NCBI GenBank assembly: GCA_002007295.1
Contig: LNZM01000156.1
Coordinates: 11,730 to 75,729, forward strand
Length of the DNA stretch: 64,000 bases
From: Candidatus Epulonipiscioides saccharophilum
Lineage (GTDB): Bacteria > Bacillota > Clostridia > Lachnospirales > Cellulosilyticaceae
Direction: 5' to 3'
The notes beneath the pieces are model-generated. The model was given only the letters and a program-made list of their open reading frames with translations, was not told the origin of the DNA and searched no databases. Made by a program: the position numbers and the translations under genes. This document shows, piece after piece, positions 59,767 through 64,000 of this stretch (its first letter is position 1; each line of letters opens with the position of its first letter).

Positions 59767-59914
59767 AAATTTCACCCTCTTATATATTTGGGTGATTTTT
59801 TTTGCCCCATTTTAACTTAGATAGATGACTATCAAATGCTAAACCCAGCATATAGATTTGATTATAAATTTTACCCTCTTAAATATATTTGAGTGATTTT
59901 TTTTGCCCTATTTT
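59718..59914 (+). repeat. 99-bp-period echo of the rnpB 3' end plus terminator
   Basis: 59718-59813 versus 59817-59914. Confidence 0.93.
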
Positions 59915-59987
59915 TAAGGTAAATATTGTTAATTCTTAAAAATTGTTATATCATTATCCTTATATAATTTATTAAGGAGGTTTTTGC

Positions 59988-60194
59988 ATGAAAATAGGTT
60001 TAGGCATGTTAGAGGCTATGTGGAATATTTCTATCGATGATAACTTAGAATCCAATCAAAATCAAACAGCTCTAAGTAACACAGACAATACTCACGTTTC
60101 TACTAATCAAAATGTTGAATTGTCTGAAATTGCTCCGATAGATGACGATCCGAATGTTTCGCTATTAGACGATACCATCCCAGATAGTTTGTAA
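59988..60194 (+). CDS. Small acidic hypothetical protein
   Basis: AAGGAGG RBS with good spacing; 68 aa; no recognised motif. Confidence 0.6.
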   Translation: MKIGLGMLEAMWNISIDDNLESNQNQTALSNTDNTHVSTNQNVELSEIAPIDDDPNVSLLDDTIPDSL

Positions 60195-60432
60195 AATCAC
60201 AAGTTTATAAGAGTACTATTAACATCCCATTAGGCTTAATATTACTCTTATAAAAATATTGTCCAGATATTTTATAATTATAACGGAAAATATTGTTAAC
60301 AATATTACCAAAACTATACACTGCATTTTGCAAAAAAATGTTAAAATTTATATCGTTATTTTGTTATAACATATTGCATTTAGATTAATTTTAATATATA
60401 ATATATTGTACAATTATATTAGGAGGTTTAAT

Positions 60433-62667
60433 ATGCATACAAAATTTGGTAAATTAGGATTAGGTTTACTATTACTTAGTCTTGGCGCATCTGTCCAAGC
60501 GGCAGAAATTGGTTACGATGGTGATCATATTTTAAACAAAGATGCTAAAAGAGGATTTGCACCTCATGAAAACTATAATTTAGTCTATGAAGATGATTTT
60601 AACGGAACTGCTGTAAACGAATCAGAATGGACACTACGAACGGGATCAAGACTCGGCGGTAACAATTATAGAGAAAATACAACAGTGTCTGATGGATTAC
60701 TCCATGTAGAAATTGGATACGAAGATCGAGTAGGTGATACAGCAACTTTAACCGGCGGTGGAGTAATTTCAAAAAAACTTTTCGGCTATGGTTATTATGA
60801 AGCTAAAGGTCAATTATTTGGTGCAACCGGCGGAATGCATTCTTCATTTTGGGTTATGGGCCGAGGGGGTGGAGATAACGTTACCGTACCAGCCAACAAT
60901 GTAATTATAGAAATAGATTTTTATGAAATCGACTCTGGTACACCTGAAGAGATAAATACAAATGTTCACTATTATATAGGCAATCACTGGACCGAAGGTG
61001 GCTTTAAAGATGGTAAAACTCCAGATTACGGCAAAATCGACACTTCTGCTCGTGAATTCGTAATGGGCGTAGAATGGTTACCAAACAAAATCAACTGGTA
61101 TCTAGACGGCAAACTTTTTAGAACCGTAGAAAATCCTGATCATTATGGTCCACAAAACATGTGGCTTACCGGTCTTGGTAGCAATTATTTCAAAGAAGAA
61201 ATTTTACTAGATAAACTTCCTGGTGAAAGTAATTGGGACTATTTTAGATTTTACAACGTTGATTTACTAGGCGTAAACATGGTTGTAAATCCAAGCTTCG
61301 AGTATAATACACAAGAAGACTTTTTACCGGAATATACTAGAAGTACTAAATCTCCAGTTGGTTGGTATACTAAAGGTAATAGCAAAAACACGGCTACCAA
61401 TGTAATTTTAACAGATGAAAGTTATGACGGAAATGCATTATTAAGACATGGCTCAGCAATGTTTGATTACGACGTAACAACGTATCTACATATTCCATTT
61501 TTACCAAATGAAACTTATACTTTTTCAGCCATGGTTAGAAACTCTTCTGGCGGTAATCATACAGTAACTATTTCGGGCGAAGGAATGGAAATTTCCGAAT
61601 TAGAAATTCCAAAAACAGATCCTGGCGTTTGGGAAAAAGTAACGATTGAAAATATTAAAGTAGAAAAAGGTGAGGCCATTATATCCTTTATATCAGATGC
61701 AACAAAATCGCAGTATCTAGATATTGACGACGTTTCTTTTGTTCAAACTACTGGAAAAGATCCGCACACATCTTTAGATCTATATCCTACTGCTGTAGCG
61801 CAAATACCAATGCATTTCGGAGACATTGTATCTGGTTATCAACATGCAAACAGCGGATATAAAGAATTCGGCACATTTGGAAATAGTAGTCTTAAAGGCT
61901 ATTTAGACAAATCTTCTCGTTGGGCAGCTACTCTTGAAGGAAACTATGCTACATGGTCACCTCAATTAACCAAATCCGGACTATACGAAATAGAATTCTT
62001 TAATGTTATGCATGAAAATAGAACCGACCAAGCTACTATAGAAGTTCACCATGTAGACGGCGTAGAAAAAATTGCATTAAATCAAAAAGCTGTTTCGGGA
62101 TTTGTTAATTTAGGTTCATTCAATTTAGATGAAAACAGCTATGTAAAAATGTATGGCGTACCAGACACCGGCAACATGTCCTTCGATTCTGTCGTATTTA
62201 AACAGGATGGCAGCGACGAAATCAAAGAAGTTTTAAAAGACGGTATCGCCGTTAGACTGGATTCCAACATCGCATTAATAGATACTGCTAAAACAAAAAT
62301 AAATAATGCTAATCCAAACGCAGTCTTAAAAGTAATAAACGAAACCGCCTATATACCTATTCAATTCATATACGAACAATTCGGTGCTGCCAATGCTTCT
62401 ATCAAAGATAATGTTATGTCAATATTCTATATGGATCACATGATCGAGTTTACCGAAGGATCCAATATCATGAACGTAGCAACAAAAGATATTTCTATGT
62501 CCGATAAATGTTTCGTAGAAAATGGAGTTTGGTATGCTCCCGCCGTCGACGTTATAGAAGCATTTAAGATTTATGGCTACAATGTAAATAATGAATATTA
62601 TTTATTCTCCAATAAACCTGTTCCAGAAATTAAGAATGCTGCTAATCTACTAGAAATTCTGTTTTAA
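60433..62667 (+). CDS. Secreted modular GH16 glycoside hydrolase with CBM-like modules and a C-terminal copper-amine-oxidase-N-like domain
   Basis: Signal peptide after ATG 60433 (AGGAGG RBS); EDDFNG, YGYYEA, EIDFYE catalytic motif, NPSFE CBM-like start, YIPIQF/WYAPA tail. Confidence 0.85.
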   Translation: MHTKFGKLGLGLLLLSLGASVQAAEIGYDGDHILNKDAKRGFAPHENYNLVYEDDFNGTAVNESEWTLRTGSRLGGNNYRENTTVSDGLLHVEIGYEDRVGDTATLTGGGVISKKLFGYGYYEAKGQLFGATGGMHSSFWVMGRGGGDNVTVPANNVIIEIDFYEIDSGTPEEINTNVHYYIGNHWTEGGFKDGKTPDYGKIDTSAREFVMGVEWLPNKINWYLDGKLFRTVENPDHYGPQNMWLTGLGSNYFKEEILLDKLPGESNWDYFRFYNVDLLGVNMVVNPSFEYNTQEDFLPEYTRSTKSPVGWYTKGNSKNTATNVILTDESYDGNALLRHGSAMFDYDVTTYLHIPFLPNETYTFSAMVRNSSGGNHTVTISGEGMEISELEIPKTDPGVWEKVTIENIKVEKGEAIISFISDATKSQYLDIDDVSFVQTTGKDPHTSLDLYPTAVAQIPMHFGDIVSGYQHANSGYKEFGTFGNSSLKGYLDKSSRWAATLEGNYATWSPQLTKSGLYEIEFFNVMHENRTDQATIEVHHVDGVEKIALNQKAVSGFVNLGSFNLDENSYVKMYGVPDTGNMSFDSVVFKQDGSDEIKEVLKDGIAVRLDSNIALIDTAKTKINNANPNAVLKVINETAYIPIQFIYEQFGAANASIKDNVMSIFYMDHMIEFTEGSNIMNVATKDISMSDKCFVENGVWYAPAVDVIEAFKIYGYNVNNEYYLFSNKPVPEIKNAANLLEILF

Positions 62668-62802
62668 TCCGATTGGCTAATATCCGAATGTAGCTTGATT
62701 TTTCAGCATTTAGTTAGCAATTGAAAATTTTTTAATTTTTTTCTATTTCTATGTATAAATTCTATTTTTTTGGGTAATACTACTTGTATATCATGTTACA
62801 GT

Positions 62803-62876
62803 GCATGCATAGCTCAGCTGGATAGAGCACTTGACTTCGGATCAAGGTGTCGTGGGTTCGAATCCTACTGCGTGCG
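62803..62876 (+). tRNA. tRNA-Arg(UCG), CCA not encoded
   Basis: GCATGCA/TGCGTGC acceptor, CTTGA/TCAAG stem, loop CT-TCG-GA. Confidence 0.95.
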
Positions 62877-62918
62877 CTCTACATAGTAATTTTAAAAAAT
62901 AAGGTGGTACACAAAAGA

Positions 62919-63641
62919 ATGAGATTACAAAAATATTTAGCTACAGCCGGATTAGCCTCTAGACGAAAATGTGAAGAGTTTATTTTAGCCGGCCTAGTTA
63001 AAATTAATGGTGTTGTTGTTACCGAACTTGGATCCAAAGTTAATGACTGCGACGTAGTAAAATTTCAGGATAAAGTTATAAAAATTTCTAGCAATACTAA
63101 AAAGCTTTATTATATGCTAAACAAACCCAGAGGTTATATTACTACATCCAAAGATGAAAATGGTCGAAAAACTGTTATAGACCTAATCCCCAAAATCAAT
63201 AATCAACGAGTTTATCCTGTTGGTCGACTTGATGCTAATAGCACAGGATTACTCCTCCTGACTAATGATGGAGACTTCGCCTATCAATTGACCCATCCCA
63301 AACATACAATTACTAAAACTTATATTGTTATAGTAGATGGCCACGTATCCAATTCTCAAATTAGTTCCTTAAGAACGGGTATTAAAATTGATAACTATAT
63401 CACTAAACCAGCTAAAGTAACTAAAATTTTAGCCCATAATAATCGCACTACATTAGAAATAATAATCAGTGAAGGCAAAAATCGGCAAATCAGAAAAATG
63501 TGTGATGCTATCGGCCATCCGGTTATATCTCTTAAGAGAATAGCCATTGGAAGTGTCTTTCTTAATGACCTCAAAGTAGGTAAAATTCGTGAATTACGTC
63601 ACGATGAAATAGCACATTTTGTTAAATCTACTCATCTTTAA
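62919..63641 (+). CDS. rluB: 23S rRNA pseudouridine synthase (RluB/RsuA family)
   Basis: MRLQKYLA..SRRKCEE S4 domain, NKPRG, VGRLD, EGKNRQIRKM; start moved to ATG 62919 because the longer ORF overlaps the tRNA. Confidence 0.9.
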   Translation: MRLQKYLATAGLASRRKCEEFILAGLVKINGVVVTELGSKVNDCDVVKFQDKVIKISSNTKKLYYMLNKPRGYITTSKDENGRKTVIDLIPKINNQRVYPVGRLDANSTGLLLLTNDGDFAYQLTHPKHTITKTYIVIVDGHVSNSQISSLRTGIKIDNYITKPAKVTKILAHNNRTTLEIIISEGKNRQIRKMCDAIGHPVISLKRIAIGSVFLNDLKVGKIRELRHDEIAHFVKSTHL

Positions 63642-63662
63642 GCAAATTTATGCATTTAGGGC

Positions 63663-63691
63663 TTGAAATTTACTTTTCTTTCTGTTAAACT
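63663..63691 (+). promoter_or_regulatory. SigA promoter for rpmB
   Basis: TTGAAA-17 nt-TAAACT with extended -10 TG. Confidence 0.65.
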
Positions 63692-63730
63692 AGGGTGAAA
63701 TTTGCAAATGAGAAAGTAGAGGTGTTTAAA

Positions 63731-63916
63731 ATGGCAAAATGCGAAATCTGTTCAAAAGATGTTCATTTCGGAATAAAAGTAAGCCATTCTCATAGAAGAG
63801 CTAATAAAATGTGGAAAGCGAATATCAAAAAAGTTAAAGTTAATAAAAACGGAACAACAAAAACGATGCACGTTTGTACTCGTTGCTTACGTTCTAATTT
63901 AGTAACTCGTGCTTAA
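63731..63916 (+). CDS. rpmB: 50S ribosomal protein L28 (zinc-ribbon type)
   Basis: MAKCEICSK..VSHSHRR..WKANI..VCTRCLRS; start ATG 63731 behind GAGGTG. Confidence 0.97.
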   Translation: MAKCEICSKDVHFGIKVSHSHRRANKMWKANIKKVKVNKNGTTKTMHVCTRCLRSNLVTRA

Positions 63917-63941
63917 CACTTAAGCTCTATATTAAAAAGCA

Positions 63942-63980
63942 AAAAAATCTTTCCTTATAAAGTCTAGGGAAGGTTTTTTT
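63942..63980 (+). terminator. Intrinsic terminator after rpmB
   Basis: AAAAAATCTTTCCTTA..TAGGGAAGGTTTTTTT. Confidence 0.8.
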
Positions 63981-64000
63981 ATGCCATTTTAGTGGCTACT

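Noticed and set aside
62847-62918. N-terminal 24 aa of the ORF-track rluB
   Set aside because: It overlaps tRNA-Arg(UCG); the RBS and S4 motif support ATG 62919.

Overview
This is an AT-rich chromosomal segment from a spore-forming Clostridia-type Firmicute; the lineage is inferred from gene content and synteny, not from a search. Housekeeping content: valS, thiM/thiE-thiD, the tsaC-rpiB-upp-dCMP deaminase-tagO run, nrdG-rsgA-rpe-thiN, dapG-tepA-ylzJ, rluB, rpmB, three tRNAs, RNase P RNA and a probable 6S RNA. Sporulation and germination genes: four Csp-type subtilases including one pseudoprotease, a D,D-carboxypeptidase, and an unannotated 27-aa SpoVM. Glycan utilisation: GH63-like hydrolase, solute-binding protein, sulfatase, a GH88 pseudogene and a modular GH16. 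Four signals stand out. (1) At least 14 short tandem 'echo' duplications (31-165 bp, 2-15 copies) sit on gene boundaries, mostly stop codons and terminators, including the 3' end of RNase P RNA; two of them split apart formerly overlapping gene pairs. (2) A lone 970-aa protein abutting tRNA-Arg(CCU) has a C-terminal half that reads like a divergent, catalytically inactive MID-PIWI (Argonaute-like) module. (3) A ZorA/ZorB-like motor pair with no effector gene lies about 1.5 kb from that protein. (4) A tRNA-Leu with the rare AAG anticodon lies only 3 nt upstream of RNase P RNA, whose P4 helix carries a compensatory change. A dispersed REP/MITE-like palindromic repeat family is also present. All family assignments are by eye from motifs; no database searches were run.
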